From the IMG/VR virus record IMGVR_UViG_3300037110_000087, positions 62,001 through 126,000 of that record: a DNA stretch of 64,000 bases. One strand, written 5' to 3'. Below, piece by piece: positions 28,663 through 37,624 of the stretch (its first letter is position 1; each line of letters opens with the position of its first letter). A program made the translations under genes and the position numbers. The notes beneath the pieces are model-generated. The model was not told the origin of the DNA, made no database searches, and saw nothing but the letters and a program-made list of their open reading frames with translations.

Positions 28663-29175
28663 TTAAGATTCCCACATTGGTGTCATAACCTTAGCCCATA
28701 CTGCACCATAAGAATCCTCACTTGACTGGTTGATCCAAGTTTCGTCAATTCCGGGTCCGGTGATTGCAATCTCGTCGGCAAAATCTTCTGTCAAGCATTG
28801 ACTAATGCCAGTCTTCATTTCTTCGATAGAGCTGTAGTCTTCATCCCAACTGCCACCAGAGTCGGTCTGACGGAATTCCACATGATAACTGCCACTCGAT
28901 GTGGGTTCCAGATCTGCTTTCTTCACCTTGTTCTTCAGAGGCTTGACAGCACTCTTGTCATTGCCAGATTTGTTGTCCTTGTTGAACTTGATCTGAGGAT
29001 ACTTTTTGGTCTTGGCCAACAGAGGATCAGAGAATGGGGTTTCCAACTCTGGAGCGCCCACATTTGGTCCATCGATTAGAGGCAGAACGGCACCCTTGTC
29101 GTTGCCAGAATCATTTCTCTTATTGAACACAATAGTTGGATATTTCTTGACAGATTTGAAGTTTAATTTAGACAT
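28663..29175 (-). CDS. Leader/YPTI-module protein with acidic C-terminal domain
   Basis: Two YPxIxFNK..SGNDK.AV.PL modules, then KKA and an acidic domain. Confidence 0.75.
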   Translation of the reverse strand: MSKLNFKSVKKYPTIVFNKRNDSGNDKGAVLPLIDGPNVGAPELETPFSDPLLAKTKKYPQIKFNKDNKSGNDKSAVKPLKNKVKKADLEPTSSGSYHVEFRQTDSGGSWDEDYSSIEEMKTGISQCLTEDFADEIAITGPGIDETWINQSSEDSYGAVWAKVMTPMWES

Positions 29176-29179
29176 AATT

Positions 29180-29686
29180 CTATCCTCTTTTCAATTTTAA
29201 CATTTTGGGCTTTAGTTTTCCTTTGATACCCATTCCTTTCAGGAAATCTTTATCAGCATCAGTGATCTCAGGCAATGGCTCAAGATCCATCAATTGATCT
29301 TTGATCCCCTCCATCATTTTCTGATGTTTCTTGATTCTTTCTTCCCTTTCCTCCCTGGTCGCGAATGTGTTGTTAGCACAGTCTATACAAATGGTTGATT
29401 CACCATCCTCACTCACACAGATTGGATCTTCTTCGGTATCCTTGATTCCACCACCACACCAGTCACAATTAATCACATCGCCCAGACCAGCTTTCTTGGC
29501 TTCCAGCATCTCTTTCAGTTCACCGCCCTGATCCTTCAGTTCTTTCTTGTCTTCTTTCTTGGTCGGATGCTTGAGGAATTTCACCAGTTCCTTATGTTCA
29601 TCAATGGCGTCCTCTAAGGACATCGAGTAAGTGTCATTCTTGATCGTGTCAGATTGCTTGACAAATGCTTTTAAATTAAGTTTCAT
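29180..29686 (-). CDS. Leader-bearing protein with CxxC..CxxC zinc finger and GIKG module
   Basis: Start MKLNLKA at 29686; CDWC...CIDC; EITDADKDFLKGMGIKGK. Confidence 0.75.
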   Translation of the reverse strand: MKLNLKAFVKQSDTIKNDTYSMSLEDAIDEHKELVKFLKHPTKKEDKKELKDQGGELKEMLEAKKAGLGDVINCDWCGGGIKDTEEDPICVSEDGESTICIDCANNTFATREEREERIKKHQKMMEGIKDQLMDLEPLPEITDADKDFLKGMGIKGKLKPKMLKLKRG

Positions 29687-29688
29687 AA

Positions 29689-31074
29689 TCAGTCCTTTGG
29701 ATCTAGTGTAACATTCAAGACCCATTTCTTTTTGCCAGAATCCCAGATTCGATACCAGCCCTTCTTGGCTGCTTCTTCCTGCTCATTTACACCCGCTGGA
29801 ACTCTGAAGTTGAACTTATGCTTGCGTACCTGTTGTCTCGTGTAGTAATAATCAGGCCCCAGTTCTTTTACACATTCAAAGCCCAGATCTTGATAAAGTT
29901 TCCCAGTATGCAAACGATTATCTGAGAAACTTATTATCTTCTGATATTGATTGAGTTGGAAAATCAAATTAAGTGCTTTCTGATGTGGATTCCAGGTTTT
30001 ATACTGATGGTCGAAACTCGCTCTGGTCCATTCTAGTTCGGCCCCAGGCCGTTTCTTGAAAACCCAAGCTCCGACAACCTTGGATTTATACTTCGCGCAA
30101 ATGTAATGGGTCCCACTACACTGATTATCGCCAAGATAATGGAATTTGCTTAGAAATTCCTTCACATCATTCATATGACAAAATTCATAGGTTGGCTTGA
30201 TACGCTTTTGTGATTTGGGAATTAGTTGATCGATGATAAGCTGCCAATTCTCATCTCCAAAGATCTGGAGCAAACGAATTCCGAACGATTCACATAAGAG
30301 ATGTTTATCATGATCTCTTTTGGGTTCATTCGCTACAGCTTCCGAGTGCCATCTTAATCCTTGATATTCTATCCCAGTTCTAATAGAAGGAATCCAGATG
30401 TCAAGCTCATATGGCTTTATTATGGTTTTGTCTGAAAATAAAGCGTCAGGGAAAGATTTAACAATCAATTCGAAGATCTTGTGAGCGGGGCTTGTATCCG
30501 CCGTCCCTGCAACAACACAACCACAGCTAAGAGTGAACTCCCTCAGCACATCTTTACCAACAATCTCTTTAGAATTCCCACAATCACACAAAAACCGGAA
30601 TTTCTCACCTGTTTTGAGACTGAACTCTCCTTCTGGCAATCGGTCGGGATCGAGTCGTAGCTTACCCCATTTTTCATTCAATATTAAGCGATCAGTAAAG
30701 TTACATCTCCCACAACGATGAACATTACCTCTAACTGCTGTCCGGAATGCTTTTATGGAAGTCCTACCACAATCACAGATGAACTGCACTTTCATAGCAG
30801 ATCCCTGACTCCACTCATCCAGAAGAGGTTGATCTGGATCTAATCTCAGCTCGCCCCATTTTTGTTCGAGCCAATAGCTCTTCGGTTTGTCCTCGCAATG
30901 ACCACAAGATTTTAGTTTTATAACTGCGTAGAACTGTTTGGTCGTTGTTCTACCACAGCTACAAATGAATACAAATTCAGAATGAGATCCTGGACCCCAA
31001 TCGTTGGGAAGGAGCTGATTCGGGTCAAGATGCAGGGTACCAAACTTTGTATTAAGCCATTCTTCGCGCTTCAT
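29689..31074 (-). CDS. Hef-like/very-short-patch PD-(D/E)xK homing endonuclease with three Zn-ribbon repeats and a C-terminal GNAT-like domain
   Basis: 3x K[FW]G.L.LDP...F.C.CG; YELDIWIP...GIEYQGLRWH; SFSDNRL..G.LY..LGF...YRIWDSG. Confidence 0.7.
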   Translation of the reverse strand: MKREEWLNTKFGTLHLDPNQLLPNDWGPGSHSEFVFICSCGRTTTKQFYAVIKLKSCGHCEDKPKSYWLEQKWGELRLDPDQPLLDEWSQGSAMKVQFICDCGRTSIKAFRTAVRGNVHRCGRCNFTDRLILNEKWGKLRLDPDRLPEGEFSLKTGEKFRFLCDCGNSKEIVGKDVLREFTLSCGCVVAGTADTSPAHKIFELIVKSFPDALFSDKTIIKPYELDIWIPSIRTGIEYQGLRWHSEAVANEPKRDHDKHLLCESFGIRLLQIFGDENWQLIIDQLIPKSQKRIKPTYEFCHMNDVKEFLSKFHYLGDNQCSGTHYICAKYKSKVVGAWVFKKRPGAELEWTRASFDHQYKTWNPHQKALNLIFQLNQYQKIISFSDNRLHTGKLYQDLGFECVKELGPDYYYTRQQVRKHKFNFRVPAGVNEQEEAAKKGWYRIWDSGKKKWVLNVTLDPKD

Positions 31075-31100
31075 TAGTAAGTTAACCCAAATTTGTCTAT

Positions 31101-31130
31101 ACAGAAAGAGGGGAACCGAAGTCCCCCTCT
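31101..31130 (-). terminator. Rho-independent terminator after the major capsid gene
   Basis: 10-bp stem AGAGGGGGAC-TTCG-GTTCCCCTCT followed by TTCTGT. Confidence 0.85.
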
Positions 31131-31153
31131 TGACCTGTTTATGAACGACTCAT

Positions 31154-32272
31154 TTAGAGTCTGGTGCCCTTGTTCACGCCGTTCGCGTTAACGATGACGG
31201 GTGCGACGATCTCGCGGATGAGCCAGCCACGTGCGGGGATACCCAGGACGTTCTTGTTGATTGGCTCGCTAACGAGGCCCTGGCGAACCAGGAACTGACC
31301 GAGAGTCTTGGGGTGTGAGAAGAAGTAAATCTCACCGGCCTGGAGGACGCGCAGCTGAGAGTTGATGAATGCGTCAGTGTGCATTGTCACACCAAGCAGA
31401 CTACCAAGCTCACCAGTCAGCACGATTTCATGCTTGGTGACGGGATCAAACCAGGAAGCGAAGGTAGGATCAGCTACCAGATCGTTCATGAGGTTGTTAG
31501 CCATCCAGCAATTGCTCACTGGTAGACCGCGATTCTCAACCTGATTCTTCAAGCTCTGATAGACCGCAGGGGTCAAGCTGGAGAAGAAAGTGGGAACGTT
31601 GAGGGTGGCAGCAGCCTGATCAGCCAGGGTCTTCCACTGGCGGTCTTCCTGCACCATGACCATTTCCATACCGTCCTCAAGCTTCTCTTCAAGAAGATCA
31701 GCACCGAGGCGAGCGAGTTCCTTTTCCTCAATCAGGATGTGTGACTCGATGTAATTCTCACGCAGGTAAAGCTCTCTCTGCTTGATGTGAGATACAGGGG
31801 TCTGGCCATCAGTTGACATCGAGAAAGCAAGGGTATCCTGCTTGCGGATGTAGACTTTGCACTCTTCCTGGACCTTGAGTTCACGTTCCTGAGCGAAACG
31901 GCGAAGGAAACCAGTACGGCTGATTGTGGTGCGGATTTCGTTGGTCACTTCTTCACCGATGGTGCCGAAGTTTGCAGCGGAACGGGTTAAGCTAGCGGTG
32001 CGGATATCAGAGGCTAGCTGATCCAGGGTTTCGCGAGCAGAAGCCTGCTTCTGAATCTGGCCCTTCTGAGCAGCACTAACGATGTTAGCAATCTGCTGGA
32101 AGGCATCACGCTTGTTGTAGGCGTTAATCTCGCCATTGCTGTTTGCGACGGCTTCGTTGGACTGGGAATACCCGCCCTTGGAGGTCACGCCACCAGCTTT
32201 CTGCTCTGAGGCAGGAATGTCGGTACCGGTAAGGGTAGCAACAAACGGGTTTCTTTTTGGTGTTACGGCCAT
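31154..32272 (-). CDS. Major capsid protein (HK97 fold)
   Basis: 372 aa; NGEINAYNKRD, RTGFLRRF, QEDRQW, WFDPVTKHEIVLTGELGSLLG; strong codon bias; followed by a terminator. Confidence 0.8.
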   Translation of the reverse strand: MAVTPKRNPFVATLTGTDIPASEQKAGGVTSKGGYSQSNEAVANSNGEINAYNKRDAFQQIANIVSAAQKGQIQKQASARETLDQLASDIRTASLTRSAANFGTIGEEVTNEIRTTISRTGFLRRFAQERELKVQEECKVYIRKQDTLAFSMSTDGQTPVSHIKQRELYLRENYIESHILIEEKELARLGADLLEEKLEDGMEMVMVQEDRQWKTLADQAAATLNVPTFFSSLTPAVYQSLKNQVENRGLPVSNCWMANNLMNDLVADPTFASWFDPVTKHEIVLTGELGSLLGVTMHTDAFINSQLRVLQAGEIYFFSHPKTLGQFLVRQGLVSEPINKNVLGIPARGWLIREIVAPVIVNANGVNKGTRL

Positions 32273-32277
32273 TTTAA

Positions 32278-32829
32278 TTACTCCTTTGTGGAACGGTTAA
32301 GCTTTTCTAAAGCGGTTGCAGCTTCAGTGGCGGTTGCTTGGTGAAGAGACATTACGGAATTATCCGGCAGAACGATATAGCACTTGCCATCTGCATCGTT
32401 GATTACTTCCACTCCCTCACCGTCAATTTTTACATCAATGGTGACGTCCTGGTCTTCTCCTACTCCTAATTCTTCAATTGTGGTTGGAATTGGATTCTCT
32501 ACTAGTGGGTCCAATTCATCTCCCGTTACTGCAGAATCGGGTGTGGGATCTGGGAAGCTTTCCTCAATTTCAGGAAACTCAGCTTCATCATCAGTCAGGT
32601 CGGCAATTACCTTAAGCTCAGAAATGGCATTAGATAACGCGATCTGGAAGAAACCAATGCTGGCATGAGATCCAACATGGGCAATACGAGCCTTAATGAC
32701 CGGATTGGAAGCCCTGGAAACCAGAGCCTCCAGGTCCTTGTCAGTGATACCTTTAGCCAGGGCCGCAGTCGCCTCCAGCTGAGCAATTCGCCCAACCAGT
32801 GACTCAAGTGACTTTGCGACTCGCTTCAT
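32278..32829 (-). CDS. Acidic head-associated hypothetical protein
   Basis: Between the putative decoration gene and MCP; SD GAGGAG. Confidence 0.6.
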   Translation of the reverse strand: MKRVAKSLESLVGRIAQLEATAALAKGITDKDLEALVSRASNPVIKARIAHVGSHASIGFFQIALSNAISELKVIADLTDDEAEFPEIEESFPDPTPDSAVTGDELDPLVENPIPTTIEELGVGEDQDVTIDVKIDGEGVEVINDADGKCYIVLPDNSVMSLHQATATEAATALEKLNRSTKE

Positions 32830-32841
32830 GGATCACTCCTC

Positions 32842-33507
32842 TTATACGTTGTATTCGATACCGAGGAAAGGATCGGCAGCGGATGGGACCGAGATGCAAA
32901 CGCCGCACTGATTGCCAGCACCAGAAGTGCCAACAAAACCACCAGCCAAGAGTTTGATTGCAGTACCAACGGTATAAGTATCGTTAGCCTTGAAGTTATT
33001 CACGTACAGGCGGGTCAGACTGCGGAAGATAGCGGCCTTACGGATGAACGCGGAAGCGGAGGGGATTGGGCTAATTCCAAGCATTGCCTGCTGCATTGGT
33101 GTCAGCTGGTAGTTGTAATTAACGGTCATTGACTCACCAGCGTGTGCAGCCACGAAAGTTACCTGATTACCGGAAACGGTGAAATCAGCACCGGCAACTG
33201 CGCCGTTCTGATTGAAGAACACCATATTGGTGATGGAGGTAGTATCGGGCAGAACCACGGTCAGAGGAGAGGTGGAAGGAACCTGTAGGGCGTAGCCATA
33301 ACGGGTGCCGAGAGTAGAGGCATGCTTATCAAGGTAGAGGAAGCCAACAAACTGGTCGGCATTGGTGCCACCAGAAAGCAACATGACTTCGTTACCGAGA
33401 GCATCAGCACCACGAACCATGGCAAGACCAGATTCAGTGGGATCTACAGAAGCATCAAGAGCAAGCTCAATGATGTTTGTGTACTGGAGACGGGAAATAT
33501 CTAGCAT
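32842..33507 (-). CDS. Putative capsid decoration/minor head protein
   Basis: Position upstream of MCP; beta-rich; C-terminal PSAADPFLGIEY. Confidence 0.55.
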   Translation of the reverse strand: MLDISRLQYTNIIELALDASVDPTESGLAMVRGADALGNEVMLLSGGTNADQFVGFLYLDKHASTLGTRYGYALQVPSTSPLTVVLPDTTSITNMVFFNQNGAVAGADFTVSGNQVTFVAAHAGESMTVNYNYQLTPMQQAMLGISPIPSASAFIRKAAIFRSLTRLYVNNFKANDTYTVGTAIKLLAGGFVGTSGAGNQCGVCISVPSAADPFLGIEYNV

Positions 33508-33525
33508 TTTTGTTTTCTCCTTGGG

Positions 33526-34635
33526 TTAGCGACTTAAAAAGCCGGTACGGAAATTTCTGGTTTCAACTGGAACCACTGGGACGCTGGCTTTGTGCAAACG
33601 AGCAGCAAACTCACGGTCAGGGGTGTAATCGGAAGTGGGAAGACCCTTGCCGAAATCGGAACTGGCGCGGGAAACGAACTTCTGGAAATCTTCCTTGACA
33701 GAAGCAGAATATCCGCTGATTTCATCAGTTACTTCCTGAAGAGCGGCAATGAACTCACCGTCGTCGTGCATTACGCCATGGGCGAACACATCAGGCTGGT
33801 CAATGCTTGCTTCAGCAGCAGCTTCGAAAATGCGAGCGCCGAGAGGATTGGTGCGAACACCGGCCTTCAAGGCAGTCCAGGCAGTTGCCATGTCATTGAA
33901 AAGACTGACGCGAGCTTCAGCTTTGATTGCAGCAACATCAACGGGTTCCTGAATGGAAACCACGCGACCCTTGCTAATGAAAACCTTAGCTTTCAGGAGA
34001 GGCAGGACTACTGACCAGCCACTCTTCTCAGCAGCTTTCTGGACCTGAGCGGTAAAGGTAGCAGTATTGTTGAACAATGCCAGTACATCCTCACTCTTGT
34101 CTTCCTGATCCGCATAAGCGACGGTAGCGATGGGGAACCCATCCCTGGTCAGGGTCAGAACTGGGTTCTCAGTGGAACCTGTCTGCACAAAACTTGCCTT
34201 GCAGCCTTCAAGACCTTCCATGCAAGACTTGGTGTCAGCTTCTTCACTGTAAGCTTCTGGCTTATCAGCTGGAGGGGCCTGAGTCTCTAGATCGGTTGGT
34301 TCTGGCTCTTCACCTTCAGTTTCCTCACCTTCGTCGTCATGCACTTCGATGGTAATCATAGTAATGGGTTCGCCATCACCATAATCCTCGATCTGCAGGG
34401 GTTCAGTAGGAACAACTAAAAGATTGCCACTTGGGGTGGTATAGACCTGAGCGTCTAGCTGCTCAGCTCCTTCTGGAATCTCGACATCGCTAGTGAGCTT
34501 AGTCTCAACCGCAGGAACTTCAGCTTCTTCTGTCTCTACATCAACAGGAGGAGGAGCCTGGGTTTCGTCTTCAGCGCGACGCTTGTGATTTCCAGAGGTT
34601 CTTTTGTTCAGTTGTTCAAAGCTTTCTCTTGCCAT
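33526..34635 (-). CDS. Putative prohead scaffold/core protein
   Basis: First gene of the head operon; highly acidic disordered N-terminal half; SD GGAGG. Confidence 0.5.
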   Translation of the reverse strand: MARESFEQLNKRTSGNHKRRAEDETQAPPPVDVETEEAEVPAVETKLTSDVEIPEGAEQLDAQVYTTPSGNLLVVPTEPLQIEDYGDGEPITMITIEVHDDEGEETEGEEPEPTDLETQAPPADKPEAYSEEADTKSCMEGLEGCKASFVQTGSTENPVLTLTRDGFPIATVAYADQEDKSEDVLALFNNTATFTAQVQKAAEKSGWSVVLPLLKAKVFISKGRVVSIQEPVDVAAIKAEARVSLFNDMATAWTALKAGVRTNPLGARIFEAAAEASIDQPDVFAHGVMHDDGEFIAALQEVTDEISGYSASVKEDFQKFVSRASSDFGKGLPTSDYTPDREFAARLHKASVPVVPVETRNFRTGFLSR

Positions 34636-34887
34636 TGAACGGACCTCCGTAAAAAGAAATGGTTAATTTGACGAGAAATCGTCTAGTTAATTTTCCCATG
34701 GCATAGATCTTGCATTTTAATAACGTGGGGTAGAAAATTGGAAAAGTGTGGTAAGGGGAAGGTAAACCTATAATAGACAAGGCAAGGTTTACCTATTTCC
34801 AATGACGGTTTGTTGGGACAAAACCTTCTGCTCCATTATAGGAGCCGGGAACTAAATAAAATTAGGTTATGATGTAAAGGAGAATCT

Positions 34888-35277
34888 ATGAGCAAAAAGG
34901 ATTTTTGTGGTTGTAGAGTGACTAGAGATAGTGATGGCCAATTAATGTGGTTAGTGCGCTTCGAAAATGATGGGTTTGTTTGTCATAATACAGGTGATGA
35001 AGAGACTAAGATGTTCATTGCTGGGGAGGAATTACCTGAGACATGGTATGACCTTGATGAAATTACTTTCTTTGTTGATCCCATGGACCCCCTTACATCA
35101 ATGATGTCAAAATTACTCGACTTTTTCTCCAATGATTCCCCTAGCAGTCTGCATTATATCAAGAAGTCTATGATCTATGATGATGGTACTTCCGAGATGT
35201 TAGAATGTGGTTTTAAAGTGGTATATCAGGGAGATCTCTGGAAGATCAAGGCTGAGAGGGTCCTAGTGAATGACTAA
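34888..35277 (+). CDS. Hypothetical protein
   Basis: SD AAGGAG. Confidence 0.6.
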   Translation: MSKKDFCGCRVTRDSDGQLMWLVRFENDGFVCHNTGDEETKMFIAGEELPETWYDLDEITFFVDPMDPLTSMMSKLLDFFSNDSPSSLHYIKKSMIYDDGTSEMLECGFKVVYQGDLWKIKAERVLVND

Positions 35278-36403
35278 GGGCATAGATATTAAGTCCAAGA
35301 ATTCTGATCTACAAATCTTCGTTAAAGATGAATTAAAAACCTATGGCTGGGAGGATGTGGTACCTGTATTCTTTGCTTCCTGGGTATCTGGGGTACCCTC
35401 TGTATTAATTGGTGATCCTGGGGCATCTAAGACTACATTCCTACAGCGTTTTAGTCTGGCATTGAAGGAAAAAACTGAGACATTAGACCTCAAGTATCTG
35501 ACTCCTACTAGACTTCTTGGTATCCCAAATCCAGATAAACTACGACAGGGGATCCTAGAATATGTAGGTGGTCTGATTGCTACCCGTCCTAGGATTGTTA
35601 TCCTTGATGAATTGACCCGCTGCAATGATGGTGTACAGAGCTTGATTCTAGAGTTCATCAGAGAGGGCCGGTTAGATCAGACTTACATTGCTTGTAAGAG
35701 AGTTTGTACTGCCAATCCCCCTATGAGTGGTCTGGTCCAGGTGAGTTATCTCGACTATGCTAATGCTACCCGTATGGTCCATATCGAAGTCCCAAACCTA
35801 TCCAAGGAATTATTCCCTACCTTCGTGAAGGAATGGGGCCTGAAATGGGAGCCTACTCAAGAAGCCTGCGAATTGGCCAAATATGTGAATGGTCTAGAAC
35901 TGAAGCTACCTGATGCTGAGAAGCTCCAGATGATGACGACCACAATTCTTGGATCGTTGGTTGACTATAACATCAATGGTAGACAGCTAAGCAATCTGAT
36001 GCGTCTATTAGTGGCTACCTACACGATCGAACAGTCTGGACTCCATACCTACACCAGTGATGATATTGGTAGAGTGGCTGTCTCAATCGTGCCATTGAAG
36101 CTCACCAAGAACAAATGGACTACCCAGGCGGATGTACTAGCCTCTGAGGTCGCTAAAGATCTTCCGCTTCTGCCCTGGCAACACAAGGAGAAGGATAACA
36201 CTTCGGTGATTGCATCCCGGCAGGTTGAAGAGATCAAGAAGACCTTGGCAGAGAAACAACCCGAAGAGCTAATCGAAATCATCAAGAGCGGTGATCAGCT
36301 GAATAGCTTTATTGCCTTCGGAGAGCTAATCAAGAATATGGCTGTCAATTCCAGCTGGAATATTCCATTCGACAACTTTGACGCGATTCTTAAAGCGGTT
36401 TAG
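35270..36403 (+). CDS. MoxR-like AAA+ ATPase
   Basis: LIGDPGASKTT, ILDELTR, TANPP. Confidence 0.85.
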   Translation: MTKGIDIKSKNSDLQIFVKDELKTYGWEDVVPVFFASWVSGVPSVLIGDPGASKTTFLQRFSLALKEKTETLDLKYLTPTRLLGIPNPDKLRQGILEYVGGLIATRPRIVILDELTRCNDGVQSLILEFIREGRLDQTYIACKRVCTANPPMSGLVQVSYLDYANATRMVHIEVPNLSKELFPTFVKEWGLKWEPTQEACELAKYVNGLELKLPDAEKLQMMTTTILGSLVDYNINGRQLSNLMRLLVATYTIEQSGLHTYTSDDIGRVAVSIVPLKLTKNKWTTQADVLASEVAKDLPLLPWQHKEKDNTSVIASRQVEEIKKTLAEKQPEELIEIIKSGDQLNSFIAFGELIKNMAVNSSWNIPFDNFDAILKAV

Positions 36404-36811
36404 ATTGCGATCTTGATCTGTTCTGGATAAAAGGCAACCCAGGAATCCGCTCGATCATGAGCGGCTTCATATTCATTTCGATAAACTAACCCATCGTAAC
36501 CGTTCATAGTGGCTCTAATCTTGGGGATCAGGCCCTAGATCTTTCACACGTTGAGGGTTTTTGATATTTAAATAGACTGGTATATAGCGAATTCCTTCTT
36601 CTCCGCGAAAATCCAAACGATCGGCATGTTCATCCACCTGTGAGAGAGTACCAAAATGGGCACCCATTTTTGTATCGAATGTACCAAAGTCATGTGAAGT
36701 GACATGATATAGTTTTAAAGGTTTCCCTTTAGAATCAACCACCTTGCTGCCTGAGAACCAGAATGTATCAAGTTCGGCGGTCTTAAGAAAAGCCCTCAGG
36801 GTGAGTTTCAT
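36400..36811 (-). pseudogene. ART-PolyVal-like ADP-ribosyltransferase, leader-bearing, frameshifted
   Basis: MKLTLRA...SKVVDSKGKPLKLYHVT...YIPVYLNIKNP stops at 36515; the expected C-terminus NGYDGLVYRNEYE...SWVAFYPEQIK lies in another frame and ends at 36400. Confidence 0.7.
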
Positions 36812-36812
36812 T

Positions 36813-37202
36813 TTATCCGTCCCTATATTTTTCGCCCAGAGCGTTAAGGGCGAGAAAACCTTTATCTGTGCCTCTCCAATTCTCCCCAGTGAAGGTATCA
36901 ATCAGGAAGACTGTGTTACAAGCACAGTAAGTCTTTAGAAAGTGTTTGACTGCCGCGAAATTAAGGGACAACCTCGGCCCTATTATTTCGAAGACCCCCA
37001 ATCCATCAGTGGAGAGTCTACACCAGCCAGCAGCCTTCATCGTGTCTGCTATGTCACCGAAATCCTTGTAGTCTCTTTTGACAATTTGGTACGCCATATC
37101 ACGATGACCCTCGTAGGCACAAGGTATCATTTCGAGAGTGTTCAAATTGGCCCAGCCACACCCTGATGGTTGTTTGATATTAGCAACCAAATGGAGTTTC
37201 AT
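36813..37202 (-). CDS. Leader-bearing hypothetical protein (GW...GH...GWxR family)
   Basis: MKLHLVA start. Confidence 0.7.
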   Translation of the reverse strand: MKLHLVANIKQPSGCGWANLNTLEMIPCAYEGHRDMAYQIVKRDYKDFGDIADTMKAAGWCRLSTDGLGVFEIIGPRLSLNFAAVKHFLKTYCACNTVFLIDTFTGENWRGTDKGFLALNALGEKYRDG

Positions 37203-37624
37203 TACATATACTCCCCGGTCACCACGTTCATGATTTTCACGTGCTCAAAGATCGCGATGCTTCCGGCCTTGTCGCCTTGGACATAAGCGTCGAAGCCTTT
37301 CTTGCGCAGGGTTTCGAAGAACTCAATCGTCGCGTGGTTCATTTTCTCGTAGTGCTTTTCTCGATCGGCCTCAGTGGCGTGATAAGGATTTCTAACATCG
37401 AGCCAGCAGGTGTATAGTTCCCCTTCTTCTCCAATAAGGTTTGATTGGTACTCTTGATTCTTGGTGAACCAGATACCTTCCGGCTTTCGTTTCAATACAT
37501 TCAATTTCTTGGCCGCGCTACCATGGTACATACGACAGTTAATCTCGGTCTTAGGGAATGGACATTTGGACTGTTTGAATTCAGTCTTGAATCCTTTTCC
37601 CTTCGCAACAAAATGGAGTTTCAT
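37202..37624 (-). CDS. ART-PolyVal-like ADP-ribosyltransferase domain, leader-bearing
   Basis: MYHGS...GIWFT...YTCWLDVRNP...GFDAYV...IAIF. Confidence 0.7.
   Translation of the reverse strand: MKLHFVAKGKGFKTEFKQSKCPFPKTEINCRMYHGSAAKKLNVLKRKPEGIWFTKNQEYQSNLIGEEGELYTCWLDVRNPYHATEADREKHYEKMNHATIEFFETLRKKGFDAYVQGDKAGSIAIFEHVKIMNVVTGEYM

Noticed and set aside
36515-36517. TAG read-through or stop-codon reassignment
   Set aside because: The missing C-terminus is in a different frame, and other genes are full-length under the standard code with TAG used as a real stop.
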